Source of the DNA: a virus
Taxonomy: Duplodnaviria > Heunggongvirae > Uroviricota > Caudoviricetes > Demerecviridae
IMG/VR virus record: IMGVR_UViG_2974655256_000001
Coordinates: 1-20,529 of that record
Strand: one strand, 5' to 3'
DNA: 20,529 nt
This document shows, in pieces, positions 9,742-16,543 of this stretch. A program made the translations under genes and the position numbers. The notes beneath the pieces were generated by a model that made no database searches, was not told the DNA's origin, and saw nothing but the letters and a program-made list of their open reading frames with translations. Positions within the stretch are counted from its first letter, which is position 1. Each line of letters opens with the position of its first letter.

Positions 9742-10008
9742 ATGAAAAAGTTTGTGATTGCACTAGTTGCCGCAGTTATGTTATCTGGTTGTGCACCTGC
9801 CCCCAAACCATTTTGTACGGGATTTGTAAAATCTTTTGGTGGTGCGGGAGAGGAACATTACGGCCTCAAGGTTCAAAAAGTTCGTATCAAGGGAGATCGC
9901 TTCCCCGTAGTACAGCTCCGTACTAAGTTTGGGTGGTGGGATCTCAGTCAGTTTGACCTTAAATATGGTGATTGTAAATTTAAACTAGAGCAATCTAACT
10001 ACCTGTAA
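9742..10008 (+). CDS. llp: Receptor-blocking (lytic conversion) lipoprotein, 88 aa
   Basis: Signal peptide with lipobox LSGC (Cys17), Ala at +2 (outer-membrane sorting), SD GGAG, and position next to the RBP gene. Confidence 0.88.
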   Translation: MKKFVIALVAAVMLSGCAPAPKPFCTGFVKSFGGAGEEHYGLKVQKVRIKGDRFPVVQLRTKFGWWDLSQFDLKYGDCKFKLEQSNYL

Positions 10009-10010
10009 TT

Positions 10011-10039
10011 AGTATAAAGCAAAAAGACATCTAAGTAAA
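10011..10039 (-). promoter_or_regulatory. Candidate late promoter for the pb5-terS-terL operon, reading antisense through llp
   Basis: A-tract UP element (AAAAAATAAAAAATT), TTTACT (10039-10034), 17-nt spacer, TATACT (10016-10011). Same -10 as the two other late-type promoters. Confidence 0.6.
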
Positions 10040-10185
10040 CTAAATTTTTTATTTTTTGGACGGTATATTGGCAGAAACCACTATGTAAGAAAAGTAGAAG
10101 TCCTTCTAGGAAGTCACGAGCATGGTTGGTTATGCACAAATTATAAAATATTTTAAAATATCCTATTTATTGGAGCATGAAAGAT

Positions 10186-10314
10186 ATGTCAAACAAAAGA
10201 AAGAACAGACGCGGAGAAGTGTACGAAGCGTGGATTAATATTTACGGATTTGGTTTTGTATTATTCCTAATCTTCGTAGGTTCTTGGTTAGCAGCTATGG
10301 CGGGGTGGATTTAA
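10186..10314 (+). CDS. Small membrane protein, 42 aa (not in ORF track)
   Basis: MSNKRKNRRGEVYEAWINIYGFGFVLFLIFVGSWLAAMAGWI: basic N-terminus plus one TM segment. GGAG lies 10 nt upstream and the stop overlaps the next ATG (TAATG). Confidence 0.7.
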   Translation: MSNKRKNRRGEVYEAWINIYGFGFVLFLIFVGSWLAAMAGWI

Positions 10315-10421
10315 TGGAATGGGTAATTATTGCATTACTAGGGATTGTGATTATTGGGCAGTGTATTCTAGATAATCACTTAGCTAGAATTGAAACCTTA
10401 TTATTGGAGAAATGTAAATGA
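10314..10421 (+). CDS. Small membrane protein, 35 aa (not in ORF track)
   Basis: MEWVIIALLGIVIIGQCILDNHLARIETLLLEKCK; TAATG overlap upstream and ATGA overlap downstream. Confidence 0.65.
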   Translation: MEWVIIALLGIVIIGQCILDNHLARIETLLLEKCK

Positions 10422-10612
10422 TGGAAGTGGCAGTTACACTAATAGTAATATTAGTCTGGGTAATCTTCATTGTCTCTCGTATTGCATATGTTCGCCTAAA
10501 AACTCTAGAAGCTCAGGTAAAACAACAACAAGTTACTCTAGAAAAGCTAGCACTACTGCAACGTTGTGATAGTACCCGTATTCTGCAAATTGAGAGGGAA
10601 TTAGATGTTTAG
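10418..10612 (+). CDS. Small membrane protein, 64 aa
   Basis: N-terminal TM (VAVTLIVILVWVIFIV) plus a coiled-coil-like tail; GGAG SD. Confidence 0.75.
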   Translation: MMEVAVTLIVILVWVIFIVSRIAYVRLKTLEAQVKQQQVTLEKLALLQRCDSTRILQIERELDV

Positions 10613-10850
10613 TATTGTAATTGCTTTTATTATCGGGATACTCGCGGGGGTTTTCGGGACAACTGCGGCAATTAACAAGCATCGTGAATACATTGCGGGA
10701 ATATCGCGGGAGCTTTCGGAAAGAGAGCGGAGGTTTGCGGAGAAACGTGCGGAGTTTGAGCGGGAGTGGTCGGATGGATCTCGGGCGTCGCGGAAGAGAT
10801 TCCGTATGTCAGAATCGGGAGATAAGCCAGTAGATAGGAGAAGTTCATGA
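10605..10850 (+). CDS. Small membrane protein, 81 aa, overlying a phased CGG array
   Basis: N-terminal TM (FSIVIAFIIGILAGVFG) plus a charged helical tail; GAGGG SD; overlaps both neighbours. Confidence 0.7.
   Translation: MFSIVIAFIIGILAGVFGTTAAINKHREYIAGISRELSERERRFAEKRAEFEREWSDGSRASRKRFRMSESGDKPVDRRSS
10634..10820 (+). repeat. Helically phased KCGG(R) array
   Basis: CGG starts at 10634, 10645, 10655, 10666, 10696, 10707, 10717, 10728, 10738, 10750, 10761, 10771, 10782, 10791 and 10816. The first 14 fit a period of about 10.5 bp. Confidence 0.85.
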
Positions 10851-11320
10851 TATTTAAGAAAATCCCTGATGAAATAGCTGGTAGTTTTTCATACGATCCA
10901 GATACGGGGCGATTCCTGCCTATTATAGGATATACTAAGGAAAGTGAAGGTTATCTCATATATCGTCACCCGCAGTTCGGAGAGTTTAGAGTGCATCGCC
11001 TCGCTTGGTGGTACATTTATGGGGAAGATCCGGGTGAATCTCTCATAGACCATAAAAACTGTGAAGGACTTGATAACCGAAAGAGTAACCTTCGTAAAGC
11101 GTCTCATGAGCAGAACTTGGCAAATCAGCGTCTGTCTAAGAACAATACTTCAGGAGTTAAGGGAGTATACTGGGACAACACTCGTAAGAAATGGAGAGCA
11201 CGTGGTAGACACCAGGGCAAATATTTTATTTCGGCTTACTTCGAGAGTCTTGAGGAAGCTGAGAGTGCAATAAGGGAAGCACGTGAGAAAGTATGCGGTG
11301 AGTTCACAAATCACGGTTAA
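10847..11320 (+). CDS. Free-standing HNH homing endonuclease with AP2-type DNA-binding domain, 157 aa
   Basis: VHRLAW...IDHKNCEGLDNRKSNLR...QNLAN HNH core, then NTSGVKGVYWD...KWRAR AP2 motif; AGGAG SD; ATGA overlap. Confidence 0.9.
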   Translation: MIFKKIPDEIAGSFSYDPDTGRFLPIIGYTKESEGYLIYRHPQFGEFRVHRLAWWYIYGEDPGESLIDHKNCEGLDNRKSNLRKASHEQNLANQRLSKNNTSGVKGVYWDNTRKKWRARGRHQGKYFISAYFESLEEAESAIREAREKVCGEFTNHG

Positions 11321-11439
11321 TAGCGCTAATTTGAAAATCTTGAAATTTCATAAGATTACACATGCGGATGTGCTCACTGCCTCCGGCGAAAATACTTAGT
11401 CTGCTAACCGCCACCCCCGTTACTATTAGCAGGGTAACT

Positions 11440-11476
11440 GTTTCATCCTGCAACCATTTTAATTGCAGGATGAAAC
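11440..11476. terminator. Perfect 14-bp hairpin closing the leftward pre-early operon
   Basis: GTTTCATCCTGCAA / TTGCAGGATGAAAC with a 9-nt loop, 17 nt past the dmp stop. The U tract is poor, so the terminator role is inferred. Confidence 0.55.
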
Positions 11477-11493
11477 TATTTCAACTTTAATTA

Positions 11494-12228
11494 TTACGCA
11501 ACTTTTAATTTCTCAATATATTGTTGCGGGCTGCAACTATATTCTGCGCGTTCTTCCTCGGTCATACTTTCCCAACATAATTTCAAACGATCAGCTAGGA
11601 ACTGATAATCATTATCATCATCGAGAGATTCATCAATAAAGGTTTCACCTATCAATGCCACGCCGATTGATAGAATATCATTAATGGCTTGCGCGTCCAG
11701 CGTTTTAAACCCGTATGATGCCGCTGCTGATAATACACCTTTATGATCATCAATCATCGTAAAATCAGCGTTCGGATATAGCTGTTTAAATAATTCAAAA
11801 TAATATGATTTATATATTGCGTCCTTACTGTGGTATATCTCGCTAACTTTATCAGCCTCAAAATATTTGTGTAGTGTATCGCGGGAAAATACACGGATAT
11901 TACTATCCCCACGCCCTCGCAATCCTTGTTTGCGCAAATAATAATAGTCCGACTTGCTCATCAGTCGAGCGGTGCAAATAATGTTTAACGTACTAACATC
12001 ATTCATGCACTGGCGCATATATGTAACAAGCGGCAATAGTGTATCTTGCATTATTAAATCATGTTTACATGCTTCATTTTTATACTTATTTAAATCTAAA
12101 TTGCCCTCGCTATCAAAGCAAGGCGCTACGCGATGGAAAGAATTAATGATAGTGCCGTCCAGATCCCAAATCATGACGCGGGAAATATGCGGGAAATTAC
12201 GGGTAATATTCGTTTTAACTTGATTCAT
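11494..12228 (-). CDS. dmp: Deoxynucleoside-5'-monophosphatase, HAD family, 244 aa
   Basis: HAD motif I WDLDGT, motif II CTAR, and a C-terminal MIDD; first pre-early gene of T5-likes. Confidence 0.92.
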   Translation of the reverse strand: MNQVKTNITRNFPHISRVMIWDLDGTIINSFHRVAPCFDSEGNLDLNKYKNEACKHDLIMQDTLLPLVTYMRQCMNDVSTLNIICTARLMSKSDYYYLRKQGLRGRGDSNIRVFSRDTLHKYFEADKVSEIYHSKDAIYKSYYFELFKQLYPNADFTMIDDHKGVLSAAASYGFKTLDAQAINDILSIGVALIGETFIDESLDDDNDYQFLADRLKLCWESMTEEERAEYSCSPQQYIEKLKVA

Positions 12229-12258
12229 TTTGTTACGTTCTCCATTTAAGGGATTAGA

Positions 12259-12305
12259 TTAATTCAGCATTACCCGCTATTTATAAGCGGGTAATAATAA
12301 ATTAA
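12259..12305 (-). other. Intergenic hairpin with internal loop before dmp
   Basis: 10-bp upper stem ATTACCCGCT / AGCGGGTAAT, 4x4 internal loop, 6-bp lower stem. Confidence 0.7.
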
Positions 12306-12308
12306 CTA

Positions 12309-12701
12309 TTAAAGACCATACGCCAACGCATCAGCAATAAAACTAATATCTTCACCAGATACACCGGAACGAATGCCCGCGCAGGTATATACCTTTGCGC
12401 TGGTCAATTGATCATCAAAGCAAGCTGGGCAAGGCGCGACAACTGCAAAGGCTAGACCGGATTTTACGGCGTCAATGATAATCGTTTCTTGTTTCACTGT
12501 GTCAACATAAACACCTGCGGCCTTAATGTAGCTACTTGCGCGCCCTTGCGTATAGGCAAAGGTAGTAACCTGCAAAGCGTCATTGAAATCTAACAGATCA
12601 TCAATAACGTGCCCCGCCTCAACGTGATACCGCTCACCATTAGAATAAACCAGAACGATGGAAGATTGAGCGCGATCGAATGGGATATTTTGCTTTTTCA
12701 T
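12309..12701 (-). CDS. Pre-early hypothetical protein, 130 aa (T5 gene 02 position)
   Basis: GGAG SD; size and position as in T5. Confidence 0.8.
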   Translation of the reverse strand: MKKQNIPFDRAQSSIVLVYSNGERYHVEAGHVIDDLLDFNDALQVTTFAYTQGRASSYIKAAGVYVDTVKQETIIIDAVKSGLAFAVVAPCPACFDDQLTSAKVYTCAGIRSGVSGEDISFIADALAYGL

Positions 12702-12722
12702 ATTTATATAACTCCAATTAGT

Positions 12723-13232
12723 TTAATAAGGGATATTAAATTCTTTACACTTTGATTTAACCCATTCTAAAAGAATAGATAAATCATAATTGCCTTTTGA
12801 AACATATTTATTTGTTATAGGGTTTTTAATTTTTGCCCTGTAATATTCTCCCGCTATGGGATCAACTTTATCAAGATAAATATATTTCGGTAATTTATTA
12901 CGCCTTTTATAATCACTCTTATTTGTCATATTAACAGCATGAGTAACTAGGCGTAAATTATTTATATTGTTGTTAACGGGGTAAGAAATTATTTTATGAT
13001 CTATATCTAAATCAGGGTTAATTTCTTTATTAAATAAAACCCAAATTAAACGATGAGCTTTATATAATTCACCATTAATCATTACATCATAATAGCCTGT
13101 CTGATTTAATGTTCCCGCTACACTTCCAGCCTTCACACCGGGCTTACTTATTTTCCATCGTAAAAATGATGGGCTAGATTCATCATAATAAACATTCTCG
13201 TTAACTTCATTAAAATCTATTTCTTTTGCCAT
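12723..13232 (-). CDS. Free-standing HNH endonuclease, 169 aa, between A1 and the 130-aa gene
   Basis: AHRLIW...DIDHK...NNNINNLRLVTHAVN; visibly more AT-rich than its neighbours; GGAGG SD. Confidence 0.88.
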   Translation of the reverse strand: MAKEIDFNEVNENVYYDESSPSFLRWKISKPGVKAGSVAGTLNQTGYYDVMINGELYKAHRLIWVLFNKEINPDLDIDHKIISYPVNNNINNLRLVTHAVNMTNKSDYKRRNKLPKYIYLDKVDPIAGEYYRAKIKNPITNKYVSKGNYDLSILLEWVKSKCKEFNIPY

Positions 13233-13236
13233 TTAT

Positions 13237-13274
13237 AATCCTCCAATTAATATTGTCTCACTAATTGGAGGATT
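13237..13274 (-). promoter_or_regulatory. 13-bp hairpin burying the SD of the HNH gene
   Basis: mRNA AAUCCUCCAAUUA - 12-nt loop - UAAUUGGAGGAUU, then AUAA AUG. Confidence 0.75.
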
Positions 13275-13302
13275 TAGGCAAATAAGATTTTAATTTATTG
13301 GC

Positions 13303-14970
13303 TTACTGTACAAAAAATTTACCGTTCTTAAAGTCGATCAAAGTACGCTGACCATTTGCATAGGTAATTAAATGCGTTTGTGTCCAGCTTGACGCGCCAA
13401 CGTTGTAACCCATGTCCAGACTACCAGCCACGCCAGCGGTATATACCCCGCCGTAAATGCTGGCGGTATGAGTGTGCCCCGTGTTTAATTTGCCCAATTT
13501 CTTAAACTGTTTCGGATTGCCACGGCTGCCGTTTATGCCATTGTGACCGTGTACGCCGCATTCAATGCCTGCAATTTTAAATGATTGGTCAGTCGTTAGG
13601 AAAATGGCGTTAAACTCGCAACCTGCAACCTTACGCAGCGCATAATCTAGCACGTTGAAAGTATCGTCTTTTTCTGCAATAGCTCCGTAAATCGCGGCAT
13701 TCAGGCGGTGATATAGTTCCGCGTTCGCTGGGTCGTCTTTAATGTTAGCATTACGATCATCAAGCCAACGGGATAGCGCCAAATCGTGATTCGATTCAAC
13801 AATGATTGTTTGCGAGAAATCGCGCTCCATTGATTCCAGTACGCGCCCCGTATCGATGAGATCATCCAGAACTTTATCACGTCCGGCGGCGTATTGTTTC
13901 GCTAGGAATACACCAGAGGCGCGGTTGTGATGGTTGCGTGATGTAAAGTCGTGAACGTCATGGATAAACTGATATTTTGGTTTAAGAATATCAAGCAAGC
14001 TATTTTCGCCAGCCCATGACGCGGCGGCGCACTCTTCATCTAATTTTTCTGCGTGAATATCGCCGTATTGTAAGCCTAAAACATGCCCCGATGTTTCATA
14101 GCATCCGGCGGGAGTAGCGCAAACATTCAGATCATAAAACACCCCGCTTTCGTCCATTGTTTCAAGCTGGCGAACAAAAAACTCACCGTCTTCGTCGAAC
14201 TCAACAATCAGCGCACCGAAATTATGCAGCGCCTCGGCCTTTTGTCCTGCTTTCTGCTGAATGTAATTTTTGAGCGTTGCCGTTCCGGTTGAATACATGC
14301 GGCGCACAATTTCACCTTTTAAAGCTGGCACGCTTTCGGCGGTGATTTTAGCCGCTCCAATTGCCAGACCTTCCAGATTAAGCGCGGTTGCAGTTTCAGC
14401 GAATCCAGAAAGCGGATAATCTGCGGTTGGCAAAACATTAATTTCAGCCATGAAAGCAAAACGGCGATTATTCAAAAACACGTTTTTATTGCAGATATAT
14501 TTGTCAAATGCTGAATCATATTTGATTCCGTCTGCGCCCTCGCCATTTTGGAATCCGTTTTTATTATAAATATACTTGCTAACCAGCAAATCAGCGCCGA
14601 TATATTTAGCAAATTGCTCCAGTGAGGCTAAAAAGTTTTTATGCGGGAACGTATTATTCTGAATCGATGTAATAATAAAGCGTTTGCCTTGTTTTACTTC
14701 CCAGCTTTCCACCGTGCTAGAAACAATCCCCGCCGCTTCTGGGCGCTCATCGTTTTTAATGGCTTTTGCTACTTTCGCCGCTTTCGGTTTCGCTGGTTTA
14801 TTTGCTTCCAGCCAATCACAAATAGCGGTGGAATGTTTTGGAGTATCGTAAACCGCTTTTGATATATCGTCGCAGACCTCCAGTTTAGTAGCGCGCAGAC
14901 GTTTACCGTAGAAATTAAAGTCAGCGGCCATTTTCAGGATAACGGTTTGTTTTTCTGCGGAAATAATCAT
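13303..14970 (-). CDS. A1: A1 protein (host DNA degradation, second-step transfer), 555 aa
   Basis: Size and position in the FST; calcineurin-like metallophosphoesterase motifs GDIH, HDVHD, SNHD, VHGH and GHTH. Confidence 0.9.
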   Translation of the reverse strand: MIISAEKQTVILKMAADFNFYGKRLRATKLEVCDDISKAVYDTPKHSTAICDWLEANKPAKPKAAKVAKAIKNDERPEAAGIVSSTVESWEVKQGKRFIITSIQNNTFPHKNFLASLEQFAKYIGADLLVSKYIYNKNGFQNGEGADGIKYDSAFDKYICNKNVFLNNRRFAFMAEINVLPTADYPLSGFAETATALNLEGLAIGAAKITAESVPALKGEIVRRMYSTGTATLKNYIQQKAGQKAEALHNFGALIVEFDEDGEFFVRQLETMDESGVFYDLNVCATPAGCYETSGHVLGLQYGDIHAEKLDEECAAASWAGENSLLDILKPKYQFIHDVHDFTSRNHHNRASGVFLAKQYAAGRDKVLDDLIDTGRVLESMERDFSQTIIVESNHDLALSRWLDDRNANIKDDPANAELYHRLNAAIYGAIAEKDDTFNVLDYALRKVAGCEFNAIFLTTDQSFKIAGIECGVHGHNGINGSRGNPKQFKKLGKLNTGHTHTASIYGGVYTAGVAGSLDMGYNVGASSWTQTHLITYANGQRTLIDFKNGKFFVQ

Positions 14971-15014
14971 GATAATAAAACTCCATTAAAGGGATTAGAT
15001 TAATAACGGCAATA

Positions 15015-15058
15015 TTGCCAAATATAACGCCTCGAATAATAGGCGTTATAATTTGCAA
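15015..15058 (-). other. Intergenic hairpin before A1
   Basis: TATAACGCCT / AGGCGTTATA 10-bp stem with a bulged extension, next to the palindrome GGCAATATTGCC (15008-15019). Confidence 0.7.
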
Positions 15059-15060
15059 CA

Positions 15061-15258
15061 TTAATTTAAAGGCATAAGGCTAGAACTAACACCACAAGCA
15101 ACGGCGGCAATAAAACAAAGCAAGCCCAAACGTTTTGCTAATTTAGATTTACGTTTAAAATAATACGAATCTAAATCATTTTGAAAATAAGCGAATAATA
15201 ATGAGGCCGCCATAATAAACAAGCCTAGAATTAATGATTCAGTAGGAAAGAAAATCAT
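15061..15258 (-). CDS. Pre-early membrane protein, 65 aa (T5 gene 05 position)
   Basis: Two hydrophobic segments around a basic loop; AGGAG SD. Confidence 0.8.
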   Translation of the reverse strand: MIFFPTESLILGLFIMAASLLFAYFQNDLDSYYFKRKSKLAKRLGLLCFIAAVACGVSSSLMPLN

Positions 15259-15304
15259 TTTTTAAAACTCCTGATTTAAGGGAAGAAAATAACTATCGCT
15301 AAAC

Positions 15305-15348
15305 AGTTATATTATTGCCCCCTCACTAAAAGGGGGCAAGGTATAACT
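15305..15348 (-). other. Intergenic hairpin with internal loop after A2
   Basis: TTGCCCCCT / AGGGGGCAA, 3x2 internal loop, AGTTATA / TATAACT. Confidence 0.7.
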
Positions 15349-15349
15349 A

Positions 15350-15757
15350 TTATTCGCCTGCGGCTTGTTTTACTTCATCGGCAACGCCTAACAGTTGCGC
15401 TACTGCGTCCAGCGTTTCAAGTTTTGCACTTTCCAGACTTGCCAGATCATCGGCGTCTTTGATAATGCCGGAATCGATAGCGTGTTTTGCAATAACGCGT
15501 ACATAATGAGCTTTGCGGATTGAACTACCGCCGCCGACTTTGCGCGGCTTATCGCTTTTTTGATATGCTTTCGCGCTGGTCAATTTTGACCGAACGGATA
15601 CGGGAGAAGCCGCGCCCACTGCTTTTGCAATCTCTTTTAAACCGTCGCTATTTGCGAAATCTAAACCGTTTTCATTAATTAACTGTTGATACATGGAAAC
15701 AGCTTTCTGAGTGTTTTCTTCATTCCATGCGAATTTTGCGGTTTTTGCGTTAGTCAT
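15350..15757 (-). CDS. A2: A2 protein (DNA-binding, second-step transfer), 135 aa
   Basis: MTNAKTAKFAWNEENTQKAVSMYQ N-terminus, size and position match recalled T5 A2. Confidence 0.88.
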   Translation of the reverse strand: MTNAKTAKFAWNEENTQKAVSMYQQLINENGLDFANSDGLKEIAKAVGAASPVSVRSKLTSAKAYQKSDKPRKVGGGSSIRKAHYVRVIAKHAIDSGIIKDADDLASLESAKLETLDAVAQLLGVADEVKQAAGE

Positions 15758-15803
15758 GATGTAAACTCCTATTAGTTTAATTTAAGGGATTAGATTAACT
15801 TAA

Positions 15804-15850
15804 TGTTAATCGTTATATCCCCCTGAAATAAGGGGGATATAAAGTTAACA
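15804..15850 (-). other. Intergenic hairpin with internal loop before A2
   Basis: 12-bp TTATATCCCCCT / AGGGGGATATAA, 3x2 internal loop, TGTTAA / TTAACA. Confidence 0.7.
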
Positions 15851-15855
15851 CTAAA

Positions 15856-16107
15856 TTACAGAACAGCTTCCCATTTTTCGTTACGTTGAACAACCTTTAC
15901 AGCGTCGCCGGATTTAACGCGAACGTTATAAACAGTTTTTCCGTTGTTACTCCGTTCCGTTTCAGCATATACCGCATCAATTACATCAAACGGCATAAGC
16001 GCCGCGCCTTTGATGCGTTCGGCTTTTCCGGTTAGTTCATCCGTTTTAGTAACGAAAGGAATAAAAACGGATTGACCAATTTTAGGCGCATTAGTAACGT
16101 TTTTCAT
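15856..16107 (-). CDS. Pre-early hypothetical protein, 83 aa (T5 gene 07 position)
   Basis: GGAG SD; position upstream of A2. Confidence 0.8.
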   Translation of the reverse strand: MKNVTNAPKIGQSVFIPFVTKTDELTGKAERIKGAALMPFDVIDAVYAETERSNNGKTVYNVRVKSGDAVKVVQRNEKWEAVL

Positions 16108-16131
16108 GGTATAAACTCCAGTTTATTCAGT

Positions 16132-16186
16132 GGATTGTTCCGCATTACCTGCTGTAAAAGTAGTGGCAGGTAATAAGTAACAATCC
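16132..16186 (-). other. Intergenic hairpin with 4x4 internal loop in the operon leader
   Basis: GGATTGTT / AACAATCC plus ATTACCTGC / GCAGGTAAT; the upper stem is nearly identical to the one before dmp. Confidence 0.7.
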
Positions 16187-16314
16187 GTTCGCCAATATAA
16201 TCAATTTAAAGAACTCCACTCAGGCCGCTATATCCCAGTTAGGGGGCGGGACACATTATGGTAAGTGCCGACCGTCAAATTTTATCAAGTTATCGCTCTC
16301 ATCGAACTGGGTAC

Positions 16315-16343
16315 ATCTTAAAGCCTATCGGCTAGGGTGTCAA
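16315..16343 (-). promoter_or_regulatory. Strong sigma70 promoter (T5 PD/E20-like)
   Basis: TTGACA, CCCTAGCCGATAGGCTT (17 nt), TAAGAT, matching the recalled PD/E20. The -35 contains the TGA stop of the 67-aa gene. Confidence 0.85.
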
Positions 16344-16543
16344 ACTGTTTTTTGCAGTTTTTTATGATTTTCTTTCAAGTCAATCATAATATTTCGCCAG
16401 ATCATTTCCAGACCTTGCTGGCGGCCTTTCTTGTACTGCTTAAATCGATATTTTACCGATCTTTGCGCTACTGTCAACAAATTTTTTGTTTTGCTGTCCA
16501 GTGCCTTGCTAGGTTTACCAGTGATCAATAAAGTTTGTTTCAT
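16340..16543 (-). CDS. Pre-early basic protein, 67 aa (T5 gene 08 position; possible Hdi-type FtsZ inhibitor)
   Basis: AAGGA SD; Lys/Arg-rich. The function is suggested only by position relative to T5.008. Confidence 0.65.
   Translation of the reverse strand: MKQTLLITGKPSKALDSKTKNLLTVAQRSVKYRFKQYKKGRQQGLEMIWRNIMIDLKENHKKLQKTV
16450..16477 (-). promoter_or_regulatory. Sigma70 promoter inside the 67-aa gene (T5 PH22-like)
   Basis: A-tract, TTGACA (16477-16472), 16-nt spacer, TAAAAT (16455-16450), then ATCGATTTA as in the recalled PH22. Confidence 0.8.

Noticed and set aside
10122-10238. 38-aa plus-strand ORF MVGYAQII...
   Set aside because: Weak SD, and it overlaps the better-supported 42-aa membrane ORF in another frame.
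10621-10833. 70-aa alternative-frame Arg/Gly-rich ORF
   Set aside because: TTG start without an SD; an open frame is expected in this G-rich, stop-poor CGG array.
12245-16186. Repeated intergenic motifs as a CRISPR-like array or integron attC sites
   Set aside because: They are separated by whole genes, vary in length, and there is no cas or integrase gene and no attC core sites.
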